64,000 nt of DNA from Gammaproteobacteria bacterium (GCA_963662545.2 CAXXLL010000003.1:384001-448000); one strand, 5' to 3'. Positions 32,381 through 45,568 are shown, numbered from the stretch's first letter. Made by a program: numbers and translations. The notes: a model not told the origin generated them from the sequence alone.

Positions 32381-35300
32381 TGCCACCCCGCCGCACCGCC
32401 GCCGTTGATATTGGTCGCGGTCCCCAGATCCGATCCGGTCACGGTGAAGTTGGTGTTGATCAGCGTATCCGTGCCGCCGCCGCCGTGGATGGTGCCGGTC
32501 CAAGAATTGCCATTGAGGTTGATGACGTCCGCACCGGTGTCAGTGAACGTTCCCCCGCCTGCGGTCGAATCGATATTTGCAATGCTCGTCAGTGCCGTCG
32601 TATTGGCGCCGACCATCACGTCGACCGAACTTGTGCCCATAATCGTGAAAAGGTCTGCCCCGATACTGCCCATGAGGATGTTGGTGTCCCCACCGCCGTC
32701 GATACCGCTGGTGATTTCCCCCGCGGCCTGAAAGATGAAAGTGTCCGCCGCGCTACCCGCCGAAATGCTGACGCCAATAAAGGGATTCGCAGCGATGGTA
32801 GCGAGGGAAGTACCCCAGGTGCCGGTATTCGTGCCGGTAATGTTCCAGAAAGTGATCGCGTTCGGGCCGCCGAAACCGGAAAGCCCGTTGTCGACGATCG
32901 TTTGGATGCTGGTAAATCCGGCCATGATTAGATCGGGGGTGCCGGTAATCGTGCCGTTACCGCCCGACGCGCTGACCGTCTGGGACAGGTCCGATCCGCT
33001 GAAATCGATCGTGTCGTTGGCCGCGGCGCCCGAAATCGAGCCAATCAAATGAGACCCTTCGCTTACGCCACCCGGGGGCGTTCCCGTTGGGATACCGAAA
33101 TTAAACGTGTCGGCGTTGCCTTCGCCCTCGAGGTTGGCCGTCAACGATGTATCGTTACCGCCGGATCGGGTGAGATTGAATACATCGTCTCCGCTGCCGC
33201 CTTTTATCGTTCCGAGGGTGATCGTCACGCCGGGAAAATTGAACGTGTCGACCTGCGCGTTACCCGTCAGGTTTTCGAACGCCGAAAAGCGCGTTCCTCC
33301 TGGAACCGTGACGTCATCTACCTGTTCAATGCCACCGTCGATGATCCAGGTGGACGCTTCGTTACGGCCGGCTAGCGTATCGTTCCCGCCGAGGCTGCCG
33401 ACGAATTCCTCGATACCGCTGACGGTGCCGGTCACGCCCGTGACCGTCGCGGTGGTCGCGCCGGTGGTCAAGGTCACGGTCACGTCCGCGTCGTTCTTCG
33501 TCGAATAGCTGAGCGTGTCGTCGGTACCGCCGCCGCCGTCGGTGATGGAACCGGCAATCGACCCGGAGTTGGCGAAATTGAACGTATCGTTACCGCCAGT
33601 GCCAATCAGGTTCTCGATGCCCGCCCAGGTGCCCGTTAGATTGTTCGCGGTACCCCCGTTCGCGGCGTTGACCGTATAACTGGTGTTGCCCGAGAAGGAG
33701 TCGCCGGTGTTGGAGCCGGAGATGATGGTCTCGATTTGATTGTAGGTAGCGGTCAACCCGGTCGCGATGGTGCCTGTGCCGGTGCCGGTCGCCGCGAAAT
33801 CGAGCTGCACGCTCAGGCCGGCGGCGTCGATGGTGTCGGTACTACCGGCACTGCCGCTGATGGTGACGCCGTCCGAATCGGAAATGATGACGTCGAGGTC
33901 GAGTTTATTGCTGGAGCTGGCGCCTTGCGTACCGAAAGTCACCGACAGTTGACCGGTCGTGACCGGCAGGGGATTGGTCTGGAAGGTGAGGTCCCCCGCG
34001 GACGACAAGGTGACGGTGTCCGACGCGACATTCGTGTAAGGCCCGGCCAGCGTGAGACTGGCGGTGCCGGTGGTGAGGATATTGATGATATCCGACTGCG
34101 CGTTCGCCGTGGTCAGGTCCTCGACCAGGAGATCGGTCGCCGATTCCATGAAGATGTCGCTGCCGGTCGCGCTGGCTTTGACCGCCGCGCCGTTGATAGC
34201 CGAAACCCCGAGGCGGTTACTGGTATCGACACCGATATCGCCGCCGGCGACGAGGATCAAGTCGTTAGCCGCAGCGTCTTTGGTGAGCACCGCGCCACCG
34301 TCGGTTATGTTGCCGCCGGCGTTGACGGTCTGATCCGCCGCGCCGCCGTCGAACGTGCCAACGCCCGCGCCGAACGTAATGTCGGTGCTCGCGGTGAGAT
34401 CGCCGGTCACGAAAAACTTGTCCGTGATCGTCAAGCTGCCCATCTGAATGTCGATGCTGCCGCCAATGTCGACGCCGTCGGTCCCGCCCGCGCCGCCGCC
34501 GCCGAGCGTGACGTTGCCGGCTACCGTCTTGGTAAAGCCGCCGATGATCAACTCGCCGCCTTCGGCGTCGAGCAGCTGGTTGGTACCGGACAAGGTCACC
34601 GCTACGATGCCGAGGTCGATATCGCCGCTGGCTGTCAAGTCGTTGGTGGCGGTGAAGGCATCCTGGATGGTCAGATTGCCGGCGTTGACGTCGATAGTGC
34701 CGTTCAGGACGATGGCGATATTGCCGCCGAGCGAAAGGCTGCCGGTATCGTTTTTGGTGATCGCATCGGTCGTCAGGGTGCCGGCGGTCGAATCGATGGT
34801 GTTGTCGCCGTTGCCCGCTATCAACAAGGTGATGCTGGTCAAGGTGATGTCGCCGCCCGCGCTGATGTCGCCGCCCGCGCCGAGATCGAGCGTGCCGACG
34901 CCGCCGGTCAGCGACCCGACCGTGACTGTCTGGTCGTTGACGTCGAGGATCGCGGTGTCGAACAGGGTCACTGCGCTGCTTGAGCTGAATCCAGTTCCCG
35001 AGCCGGCCTACAGGGTCCCCGTGTTGCGCACACTAGTGGTTCCGGTATAAGTGTTGGTGCCGGATAAAGTCAGCGTTCCGGAGCCCGTTTTGTTCAGCGC
35101 GACTGCGCCTGTAATATCGCCGGCAAAGGTGCTGGCGCCGTCACCAGAGAGAGTAGCGCCGCCGGTCGAGGTGATCACGCCGCCCGTGCCGCTGATAGTG
35201 GCGACGGTCTGGTCGCGGCCGACGAGATCGAAGATGCCGCCGTCGACCACCAGCGCGCTTCCCGCGTTGATTCGATCATTACCCGTTCCCAGGCTCAAGG

Positions 35301-35659
35301 TACCGGCCGACACCGTAGTCGTCCCGGTGTAGGTATTGACGGCATTCAGCACGACCGTCCCGGCGTCTTGCTTGTCGATGCCGAAGTTCGGACCGCTGAT
35401 GACGCCATTCAAGGTTAGCGTAGCAGCCGCGTCCGGATTCAGGATGCTATTTGCAGTTAGCGTGATACCGCCGTCGGCCACGGCTCCGGCGCCCTCCGCG
35501 CCAAGGGCACCGCCATTGAGCGTCAGGGCTTCATTATTAATGTCGACGTTGACGATCTCGAGTTCGGCGCCGAGCGCGACGATTGTGTCGTCCACCCCGA
35601 CACCTCCGGCCGATGTTCCAAGGGCCGCACCATTTAATACGCCCAATATGCCAGCATTG

Positions 35660-36400
35660 ATGAAAGTCTGACCGCTGTAGGTGTTCACGCCGGACAAGTC
35701 GAGCGCGTCGGCGCCAATCTTGGTCAGATCGAACGCGCCGCTGACGACACCGCTAATGAGCGGAAAGATTGTGGTGCCGCCGTTACCATCATCGGCGCTG
35801 ATGGTCGCGTTGGCCGTCAGCGTGATGTCGCCGCTCAGTTCTGCTGTTGTTGCTACCGTGGAGAAAAAAATCGCGCCCGCACCGCCAACACCAGCGCCGG
35901 CGATCGAGATGTCCTCCGCGCTGTTCAAGGCGGTGGCGGCGATGACCTCGAGCGTCGCGCCGCTTGCCACCACCGTGTCGTCGACGCCGACGCCGCCTAC
36001 ATTCGTGCCCAACGCATCGTTGTGCCGGAGGCCGAGCGTGCCGGCATTGATGAAGGTCTGACCGCTATAAGTGTTCATGCCCGTCAAGTCGAGCGTGTCG
36101 GCGCCAATCTTGGTCAGATCGAACGCGCCGCTCACGACACCGCTGATATTCGGAAGAATTGTGGTGCCGCCGTTACCATCATCGGCGCTGATGGTCGCAT
36201 TGGCCGTCAGCGTGATATCGCCGCTCAGTTCTGCTGTTGTTGCTACCGTGGAGAAAAAAATCGCGCCCGCACCGCCAACACCAGCGCCGGCGATCGAGAT
36301 GTCCTCCGCGCTGTTCAAGGCGGTGGCGGCGATGACCTCGAGCGTCGCGCCGCTTGCCACCACCGTGTCGTCGACGCCAGGCCCGCCTACATTCGTGCCG
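35660..36400 (-). repeat. 390-bp (130-aa) tandem duplication in tpsA
   Basis: VDDTVVASGATLEVIAATALNSAEDISIAG...FDLTKIGAD repeated. Confidence 0.88.
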
Positions 36401-38656
36401 AGCGCGTTGTCGTGCGTGATAGCAAGCGTGCCAACGGCAATCGTCGTCACGCCGCTGTAGGTGTTGGCCTGTGATAACGTCAAAGTACCGTTTTTCGTCA
36501 CCCGCGTCGTTTTTCGTCAGCGCGCCGCCGGTGCCCGCGAAGACGCCCATCTGCACGGCGGTACCGCCGGCAGCAACACCGATCGTCAAGGTACCGGCGC
36601 CGACATCGGCTGCTCCGATTGACGAAGCGCCGCTGCCGAGATTGAGCGTGAGGTCGCCGCCACCGGTGTTGATGGTGCCTCCCGTTATCAACGCTCCGGT
36701 CGGAGCCGTAGTTAGCGTGAAATCGCCGCCGGCAAGGTTGATGACGTCGGTCGAATCCTGGAACTCGATGTTCCCATTGGTGACTCCGACCCCGCCCCCG
36801 GTCGTCGTGAAGGTCAGGCTGCCCGAGCTGTTGAAAGGCAGGTTCACTACACCACCGGCCGTAGTTACTGTAGTAGCGGTGTCGACGTCGAGAAACCGGA
36901 TCCTGCCCGTCGCCGCGATGACCATATTGGCCGTTGCGCCTTCGGCAGCGATCGCCTCCCGGGTGATCGTGCTCGCGGTGTCGCCGTTGACCGTAGCCAG
37001 AAGACCGGTCGCGGTGACGCTCCCGTCAACGCTGCCGGTGCCATCGGTGTTGTCGTCGACATCGAGATCGCCGGGATCGAGCAGCAGCGTGCCGAGATGA
37101 CCGTTATCGGCGCTGAGATCGGAATGTCCCCGATAGACAAGGTTGTTCTTGCCGGATACCTCGGCAAAACCCCCGTCGCCGCCGGCTTCGCCACCACGTG
37201 CGGAGATCTGGCCATGAAAATGGGTCGTGTCGTCCGACCAAACGATGACTTTGCCGCCGTCCCCTTCATCAAGCGCATCCGCATTGATCGTCGCGTTAGC
37301 GCTGACGAAGGTAAGCGAAGCGTTGCGCACATCAGGATTTTTACCCTGGTAATCACCACCGACGAGCGCCTCGCCGCCGCCTGCCGTGCCGGAGACATTG
37401 ATCGCGGCGTCGTAATTGAGCTGCACGAAGTCACCGAGGATTGCCGCATCGCCACCCTTACCGCCGTCGCTACTGACGGCTGAGACGCGGCTGCCCTTAT
37501 CGAGCTGGGTCAGACCTTCGCTCTCGAGACGGATAGATCCGCCGTCGCCCTGTGTCGCGTCGGCGCGGATTACGCCCGAACTCGCGATATTCTCGCCGCG
37601 AATACCGATGCTGCCGCCGTCATCGCTCGACGTTCCCGCGGAAACGTTGATCACCCCGGTATTCAACACCGACGCGCGTGGCCCTAAGCCGACAAGCCGG
37701 ATAGTGCCGCCCGACTTGTCGATCCGCGCCGCATGAATGGTGCCGCCGTTGTTGATCGCGTTCTTGAACACGCCGTCCGCGGCGCTCGCCGTGATCAGTA
37801 CGTCGCCGCCCGCGGCGATGATGTCGCCAGTGTTGCTGATTTGATCGTCGAGCGACACCGCATTGTCGATGACTGCCTTGTCGACCGTGAACTTGAGCAG
37901 GCCATCGCCGTCGAAGTCGACCGTTACCTGTTCGCCCGCAACCAGATTGACGCGGCCTGCAGTCGCAATGATGACGCCTTGGTTCGCGATCGATTTACCC
38001 ACCAGGGTGACGTCGCCGCCGGGGTCGGCTTCGATGCGGCCTTCGTTAACGACCCGGCCCTGCGAGTTCTCGAGTGCTTCGAGTTTAAAATTGCCCGACA
38101 TGAAGTCGCCGACGCCGATCTGCATCGCGCCCGCGATCAAGCTCCCGACGTTCACCTGCGCGCCCGGCTTGAAGAAGACCCCGTTCGGGTTCATCAGAAC
38201 GACTTTTCCGTTGGCTTTAATCTGCCCGAAGATCTCGCTTGGTCTCTGATCGAAGATGCGATTGAGCGCCGAGGCCCTCGCGCTCGGCTGCTTGAACTGC
38301 ACGAGTTCGTTCTGGTAGACGTTGAAGGTTTGCCAGTCGATGGCTACGCGATGGCTGGTTTGATTGATCGTCGTGACCGACTTCGAGGCATTCTGCGTGA
38401 TGGTCGCGCTGCCGGCGGGCACGCCATTATGCATCGCCAACGCGCCGCCGGTCGGCGCGGCGAATGCGCTGCCGGCGTTCAGACCGATTAACAGCCCCGG
38501 CAGCAGGGCGAGCTGCACCGAGCGGGCCATCGGTGTGAGGCGGAACAAAGGTTCCGCCGGGCGATCGGATTGTCTGCTTCTACGCATCGTCATGCGTGTG
38601 CTCCCTTGACCGGCATCCGGGGTGAAATGCTCGCGGCCGTTGGTTGATTACGAGCC

Positions 38657-38699
38657 ATCTTATTTTCAGTTAGTTACGCGATCCGTGAACCATTTCACA
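38657..38699 (-). promoter_or_regulatory. Class II CRP-family-activated promoter of tpsA
   Basis: TGTGA-aatggt-TCACG (38699-38684) and -10 TAAGAT (38662-38657); spacing centres the box at -41.5. Confidence 0.65.
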
Positions 38700-38712
38700 C
38701 CGGCCCCTCGCG

Positions 38713-40495
38713 TCAGAAGAAGAAATTCAGATCGACCCAGTATTGTGGATTTTTACCGTTTTCGGACGGCGGGTGCCCGATCGGTGTTGCAATGGAGACT
38801 TTTGACGAAAATTCGTTCGGATTGTTGTATGAGAAGGCGAATCCGACAGATTTGAAGTTTTCGGACTGTTTATCGATCGGCAGCGCGCTGTTCAGCTTGC
38901 CGGCGCCTAAATCGAAAAACATTGAAAACTGGTAGAGCTCGCCCCAGGTGCGGTTGCCGAAGGCCGGTGCATCCGCGATGAAGGGCGCGTTGATGATCCA
39001 CTCGACGGATCCGAACACCGCGCGATCGAACAGCGCTTCGGTCGGCCGGTAACCGCGGACATTGGTCGGTCCGCCGATGGTGTACTGCTCGAGCGGTACG
39101 AGGAGATCCGCCGAGTACATGATCTCGAACGTGAAGAGCATGTTGTGGTTGACGAGCTTATCCCACAGCGGCGACAAGGCCTGGAAGCGTGACACGCTCA
39201 AAAACGCCTTGCTGAACTTGCCCTGCGCGAATTCGCCGGTGCCGCCCTGGCGGGTTGGGGGAACGCTGCCAACGTCTTCGTTCATCGCGCCGAACAGATT
39301 GTTGAACCCTTGCGAGATCTCGAGGTAGACGGCATTGAGCCCGCCAAAACGCGTATCGACGTTATCGAAGTTGAGTTCCAGGGTGGAGACCGCGAGGCTG
39401 TCAAGGTTCACGCGGCGCCCCTGCGCTTTCGTCCCGGTGCGCTTTTTCGTCATGCGCACCGTGCCGCTCAAGTTCATCAGGCGGCTGCGAATGAACTGCT
39501 TGCTGAGCGACATGTTGTAGTTGCGGATGTCGCTCGTGATGTTCGAATCGCGGAACGCTCCGCCCACTTCGAACTGGTTGCGGTTCAATCCGATGCCGAA
39601 GCGGGTGTCGTATAAACCCCAAACCGGAATGTCGTAATCCATCGCGTAAAAGAACGTGTTGCCCGGCACGGCAGTATGTTGTGCCGTGCCTTGGAACCTG
39701 TCGCCCTTCCCGAGCGGATTGTTGACGGTGAACTGCGCCAGGTAGCGGTTCTGGCCGGTTTCAGTGATGCCGTGATTGTCGGCGCGGAACACCGCCTCGA
39801 TGCGTTTTTCTTCCTGGACCTTGATTACCATGTCCGCCGTGCCGACCTGTATGCCTGGTTGAAAGACGCCGAACGACGACTGGCCGGGATTATCGGATGC
39901 CGTCAACAAGGCCGATTCGATCGCCTCTTTGGTCACCGGTTTCCCGATCAGCGAATCGAAGGGGTGTTCCAGGATCTTGGCGTCGTACATCTCGTTGCCT
40001 TCGGTCACGACGCGACCCAACAGGCCTTCCATAACCTGGATCTTGACGACGCCGTCTTCGACTGCCTGCACCGGCACGAATGCCTGGGCGAGAATCAAAC
40101 TGTGTTCGCGGTAGTAGGCCGTGACCTGGTCGGCAACTTCCTGCAGGCGGCCGACCGTGAAGCCGTCGGGGCGTTCGCCGATCTTGGCGTCGACGATGCT
40201 CTGCACGTCCGCCGCAGCGATGTCGAATTCGGGCCGATCGCTGGCGCCTTCGACGACGAACCGGTTGACCACGATCTTCTCGCCGTCGTCGATGTCGAGC
40301 GGGCGATCGACCATCGGCGGTACCTCGAAGAGATCTTCGGGCGGCGGCTCGGGAACGAGCTTGCGGTCTTCGCCCGGTCGAATGGCGCCGGGACGCGCCG
40401 CATCCGGCAGGTTGCCGACCTGGGCTATCAGGAGGCGGTCGCCAGCGAAGTCGTCTTCCCCGCCGGGTCGCACCCGGGCGATCGGCGCTTTTGAG
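38713..40495 (-). pseudogene. TpsB (ShlB/FhaC/HecB-family) outer-membrane transporter lacking its 5' end
   Basis: POTRA motifs, IGGPTNVRGY loop, terminal Phe; no signal peptide; interrupted by IS1595. Confidence 0.9.
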
Positions 40496-40588
40496 GGGGA
40501 CTTATGCATTAAAATCAGCAGGGAAATAAAGTAGTTGATTATTCGAGGAAACTCCTATACCATAATAAGCAGGATATAGGAGACCTCC

Positions 40589-41533
40589 GTGAAGAAAAAA
40601 CGCATCGCCAAGACTATCAGCGTCCCCCAGCTTTACCGGCGCTTCCCCGATGACGCAGCCTGCCGCGAATGGTTTGAGCAGGTTCTTTGGAACAGCCAGC
40701 CAGTTTGCCCACATTGCGGTAGCGTTGATGAGATCAGGCCGCCATCAGACAGCAAGCCGAATCACTACTGGTGCAAGTCTTGTCGCAAGCATTTCACGGT
40801 AACCACAGGGACCTGCCTGCATTCAAGCCCCCTACCGCTTCAGCATTGGATTTACGCTATCTACTCGATCCTGACGGGCCGCAAAGGGATCAGCGCCATG
40901 CAGCTTAGCAAGGAACTCGGTGTGCAATACCGCACGGCTTGGCATATGCTTCACCGCGTTCGCGAAGCGAGCAAGAGCGGGGACTTCAAGTTGGCGAATG
41001 TCGTAGAGGTGGACGAGACCTACGTAGGCGGCAAAGAGCGCAACAAGCACGAAACGAAGAAACGCAAAGCTGGGCGCGGCACCGCAGGCAAAACACCCAT
41101 CATCGGGGCGCGGGAACGCGGGGGTAAGGTTGCAGCCGAGCCCGTGAGCGCCACTGACGCGCGCACCTTCATCAATTTCGTCGAAGCCCATACCGAGCAA
41201 GGGGCCACCGTCTACACGGACGATGCCGGCGCTTATACGGCCCTGCCGACCATCCTAAACCAATACCAGCACGAATCAGTCAAGCACAGCGCTGGTGAGT
41301 ATGTCCGTGGCGAAATTCACACGAACGGCATCGAGAGTGTATGGAGCGTCTTCAAGCGCTCGGTGATCGGCACGTGGCATCACGTATCGAACAAGCATCT
41401 AGGCCGCTACGTCAATGAAGCGGCTTTCCGACTGAACGAGGGGAACTGTGAAGTGGATACGATTGATCGGATGGCCGCATTAGCAAAGGGAATCAGAGGA
41501 AGGAAGCTTAGTTATAAAGCCTTGATTGCATGA
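40589..41533 (+). CDS. IS1595-family transposase
   Basis: CPHCG..CKSC zinc ribbon, VEVDETYVGG, YTD, HTNGIES. Confidence 0.95.
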   Translation: MKKKRIAKTISVPQLYRRFPDDAACREWFEQVLWNSQPVCPHCGSVDEIRPPSDSKPNHYWCKSCRKHFTVTTGTCLHSSPLPLQHWIYAIYSILTGRKGISAMQLSKELGVQYRTAWHMLHRVREASKSGDFKLANVVEVDETYVGGKERNKHETKKRKAGRGTAGKTPIIGARERGGKVAAEPVSATDARTFINFVEAHTEQGATVYTDDAGAYTALPTILNQYQHESVKHSAGEYVRGEIHTNGIESVWSVFKRSVIGTWHHVSNKHLGRYVNEAAFRLNEGNCEVDTIDRMAALAKGIRGRKLSYKALIA

Positions 41534-41650
41534 CGCTTTTAATCGATAGGAGTTAATACCTTGTAAAACTTGAAGTAGATGACGTCAATTCGTTGTCATA
41601 CACTTGCTAAAAACAAAAAGTTAGACTCGGCGCGGCAAAAGGAGAGGGAT

Positions 41651-41893
41651 ATGGACGCATTAGATAAAGATATTTCAGCGTTTGAAAAGATGCGCGAAAA
41701 CTTTGAAACCAATTACATGGGTAAATGGGTGCTGCTCCATGATGAGAAGATGATTGGGGCGTTCGATACGTTCAACGATGCAGCACACGAAGCAACTCAG
41801 AAATTTGGTAAGGGGCCTTATCTCATACGAGAGGTTGGCGTCAAAAATCAATCCTTGCCAGCTTCAGTACTGTACCAACAGATACATGCCTAG
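41651..41893 (+). CDS. Small DUF5678-like protein
   Basis: YMGKWVLLHDEKMIG...PYLIREVG; RBS; overlaps next gene. Confidence 0.65.
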   Translation: MDALDKDISAFEKMRENFETNYMGKWVLLHDEKMIGAFDTFNDAAHEATQKFGKGPYLIREVGVKNQSLPASVLYQQIHA

Positions 41894-42162
41894 TGTTAGC
41901 TGTGGCTTCGTCAGCACAAACGGGCACCAAGCACAAGATTCTCTTGTTGGTTACGGCCCTACTATATTGGTGGACGTTGGGTTTGACCCAAATTACGATC
42001 CAAATAAACCTGCTGCACTTCCAACAACGTTAATTCAGCAAGTTCATGCCGTTATAGATACTGGCGCGACAATTAGTTGTATCGATGCGAGCCTTGCCAC
42101 GCGGTTGGGGCTTCCTGTCGTCGATCGCTCAAATTTCGGTGGGATCAGTGGGAATTATCTAG
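41886..42162 (+). pseudogene. Retropepsin-like aspartic protease, truncated by IS
   Basis: AVIDTGATISCID; the C-terminal I/LLGxD motif is missing. Confidence 0.8.
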
Positions 42163-42166
42163 CTAG

Positions 42167-43861
42167 TGTCCGTCCATAAACAGGCATTTTCTTCGATGGG
42201 CACGGAGAAATCGAGGTGTTGAAAGTAGGTTGTTGGAGCGGTAGCGGCGGTTCGGTGGGGGTCGAAGGGCTCTTCGAGCGTAATTGTGAGTACGTTCGCC
42301 GGCCGCAGAGCGCTGCAACCCAAAGTCGCCCGTTCGACGATATCGAGGAGGTCAGTTAGTGCGAGTGAACGTCGCTATTCGAGTTGATAGCGCGCGAGCA
42401 GGCTGAGGTTGTAGGCGACCACAGAAGACCACACGTAGGCTTCGAAGTGCGGCAGGCTCTTCCAGGTGCAACGTGCCAATCCGTATGCACGCTTCAGGCA
42501 GGAGATACCGGCCTCGATGCCGGCGCGGAAGTTGCGCAAGCGTCGATAGACCCACTGACTCTTGACCATGTCGGCGATCGCGAGCCCGCGCTTCTTGTGG
42601 AAGGCAACGTCTTCGATGCCTTCTGCTTTCGCCGCCCGGAGATTGTCGAGGCTCGCATAGCCGCCATCGGCGGCGACCTGTCGTGGCATCGTCCCGTAGT
42701 GTGTTCGATGCCGTTCGAGCATCGGCATGAAGCGCTGACTATCGACCGGATTGCCTCGCTCGATGACCACGTCGAGGATGAGGCCACTGCGCCCCGAAGC
42801 CAGATTGATTTTGTGTCCGTACTGAACGTCGCGCGCACCCTTTATGATGATGTCGGTATGCGGCTCGAACAAGCTCACGCACTTCTCGCTCGCGGGGACC
42901 TTCTCACCGCCGAACACCCGCCGCTCAGTTTGCGAAATCACCTGCAGAACAAGTGTTTCGTAGTGCGCTACCTGCGCTAGCCAGTCCGGCAGTTCAACGC
43001 CGGTGACGCCCGGGCTCAGCAGCTGCTCACGTACCCTCGCTACCGCTTCCAAGGTTGAACGCGTCGCCCCAATCAAATCGCGATACAGACGTTGGCGTTG
43101 CTTCGCACCACGCGCATACCACAGCGCCCGCGCACGCTTCTTCGCCAATCGAGTGTGGTTCACGAAGCACAACTCCGGCGCGCCAGGCAACTCGCGCGCC
43201 TGTGCGAGCAGACGAACCACAACACGCACGCCATCCCACAGCAGATGACTGTCGCTCGGCGCGTGGATGGCACTGTCCGTTACCGTGCTATCAATCCGTA
43301 CACGCTGTGCCGGCTCAATGCGCGTCTCTTTCGCCGTCGCCAGCAGGGCGCGATGAATAGACTCCCACGTCGATACCTGGATCGCCGAGACCACCCGCTG
43401 TAAGGCAGACTTCTTCGGACGTTCATTACCCGGCAACCGGGCGAAGGCCTGAAAGCTCGCCGAGTCCTGCAGGTGAAAGGCCAGCTCCTCGTAACTCAAT
43501 TGCCGGTGCTGCTTGAGCACCGCGCAGCGCAGCACCGACTCCGCCGACAGTCCGCGTCGACCGGTGGGCTTCAAACCCCGCCGACACAGATCGTTCATGA
43601 CCGGCGTGAGGACCTTGGGGTGAGCATCGAGCCACTCGGACATGCCCTGCAGCTCTCGCCCCAGGTCATGGTCAGCAAACAGCTCGTATATACTCGCTTG
43701 GGCCGTGCGTTTCTGACGCATTCCCCCTCCTGTGGTGTCGATGATTGTGTGGAAAATCAGAGGTTTGAAGTTCCATTAGATCACGACCCACCGGAGGTTT
43801 CGATCCCTTAAGCGACAAATTTTCCTTTTTATTTCAACCGCATCGCGTTTAGGGATGCACA
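42167..43861 (-). mobile_element. ISNCY/IS5-like IS, copy 1 (transposase 42375-43721)
   Basis: IRs TGTCCGTCCATAAAC / TGTGCATCCCTAAAC; RIDST, ADGGY, RAGIEAGIS; flanked by CTAGCTAG. Confidence 0.9.
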
Positions 43862-43869
43862 CTAGCTAG

Positions 43870-45564
43870 TGTCCGTCCATAAACAGGCATTTTCTTCGAT
43901 GGGCACGGAGAAATCGAGGTGTTGAAAGTAGGTTGTTGGAGCGGTAGCGGCGGTTCGGTGGGGGTCGAAGGGCTCTTCGAGCGTAATTGTGAGTACGTTC
44001 GCCGGCCGCAGAGCGCTGCAACCCAAAGTCGCCCGTTCGACGATATCGAGGAGGTCAGTTAGTGCGAGTGAACGTCGCTATTCGAGTTGATAGCGCGCGA
44101 GCAGGCTGAGGTTGTAGGCGACCACAGAAGACCACACGTAGGCTTCGAAGTGCGGCAGGCTCTTCCAGGTGCAACGTGCCAATCCGTATGCACGCTTCAG
44201 GCAGGAGATACCGGCCTCGATGCCGGCGCGGAAGTTGCGCAAGCGTCGATAGACCCACTGACTCTTGACCATGTCGGCGATCGCGAGCCCGCGCTTCTTG
44301 TGGAAGGCAACGTCTTCGATGCCTTCTGCTTTCGCCGCCCGGAGATTGTCGAGGCTCGCATAGCCGCCATCGGCGGCGACCTGTCGTGGCATCGTCCCGT
44401 AGTGTGTTCGATGCCGTTCGAGCATCGGCATGAAGCGCTGACTATCGACCGGATTGCCTCGCTCGATGACCACGTCGAGGATGAGGCCACTGCGCCCCGA
44501 AGCCAGATTGATTTTGTGTCCGTACTGAACGTCGCGCGCACCCTTTATGATGATGTCGGTATGCGGCTCGAACAAGCTCACGCACTTCTCGCTCGCGGGG
44601 ACCTTCTCACCGCCGAACACCCGCCGCTCAGTTTGCGAAATCACCTGCAGAACAAGTGTTTCGTAGTGCGCTACCTGCGCTAGCCAGTCCGGCAGTTCAA
44701 CGCCGGTGACGCCCGGGCTCAGCAGCTGCTCACGTACCCTCGCTACCGCTTCCAAGGTTGAACGCGTCGCCCCAATCAAATCGCGATACAGACGTTGGCG
44801 TTGCTTCGCACCACGCGCATACCACAGCGCCCGCGCACGCTTCTTCGCCAATCGAGTGTGGTTCACGAAGCACAACTCCGGCGCGCCAGGCAACTCGCGC
44901 GCCTGTGCGAGCAGACGAACCACAACACGCACGCCATCCCACAGCAGATGACTGTCGCTCGGCGCGTGGATGGCACTGTCCGTTACCGTGCTATCAATCC
45001 GTACACGCTGTGCCGGCTCAATGCGCGTCTCTTTCGCCGTCGCCAGCAGGGCGCGATGAATAGACTCCCACGTCGATACCTGGATCGCCGAGACCACCCG
45101 CTGTAAGGCAGACTTCTTCGGACGTTCATTACCCGGCAACCGGGCGAAGGCCTGAAAGCTCGCCGAGTCCTGCAGGTGAAAGGCCAGCTCCTCGTAACTC
45201 AATTGCCGGTGCTGCTTGAGCACCGCGCAGCGCAGCACCGACTCCGCCGACAGTCCGCGTCGACCGGTGGGCTTCAAACCCCGCCGACACAGATCGTTCA
45301 TGACCGGCGTGAGGACCTTGGGGTGAGCATCGAGCCACTCGGACATGCCCTGCAGCTCTCGCCCCAGGTCATGGTCAGCAAACAGCTCGTATATACTCGC
45401 TTGGGCCGTGCGTTTCTGACGCATTCCCCCTCCTGTGGTGTCGATGATTGTGTGGAAAATCAGAGGTTTGAAGTTCCATTAGATCACGACCTACCGGAGG
45501 TTTCGATCCCTTAAGCGACAAATTTTCCTTTTTATTTCAACCGCATCGCGTTTAGGGATGCACA
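43870..45564 (-). mobile_element. Same IS, copy 2 in direct tandem (transposase 44078-45424)
   Basis: 1703-bp period; identical protein; C/T difference at 43789/45492. Confidence 0.9.
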
Positions 45565-45568
45565 CTAG

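Larger units (their letters stand above)
25375..38593 (-). pseudogene. Giant TpsA filamentous-haemagglutinin-type exoprotein (4401 aa if repaired), two lesions
   Basis: TPS domain (NPNGVFF, IDWQTFNV), GGFAEVSG, autotransporter-type beta repeats, Gly/Asp repeats; 13-bp insertion 36487-36499; in-frame TAG 35008-35010. Confidence 0.9.
40496..42158 (+). mobile_element. IS1595-family element with passenger genes; right end missing
   Basis: Abrupt switch to AT-rich DNA at GGGGACTTATGCA; no matching IR seen downstream; left boundary approximate. Confidence 0.7.

Noticed and set aside
35008-35010. In-frame TAG as pyrrolysine or programmed readthrough
   Set aside because: No pyl genes seen; other genes end in TAG; the upstream frameshift and broken tpsB indicate decay
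25375-38593. CdiA contact-dependent toxin
   Set aside because: No VENN/pre-toxin motif, toxin domain or small immunity gene recognised
25136-40534. Numerous + strand ORFs opposite tpsA/tpsB (and similar antisense ORFs elsewhere)
   Set aside because: Shadow frames of GC-rich coding DNA
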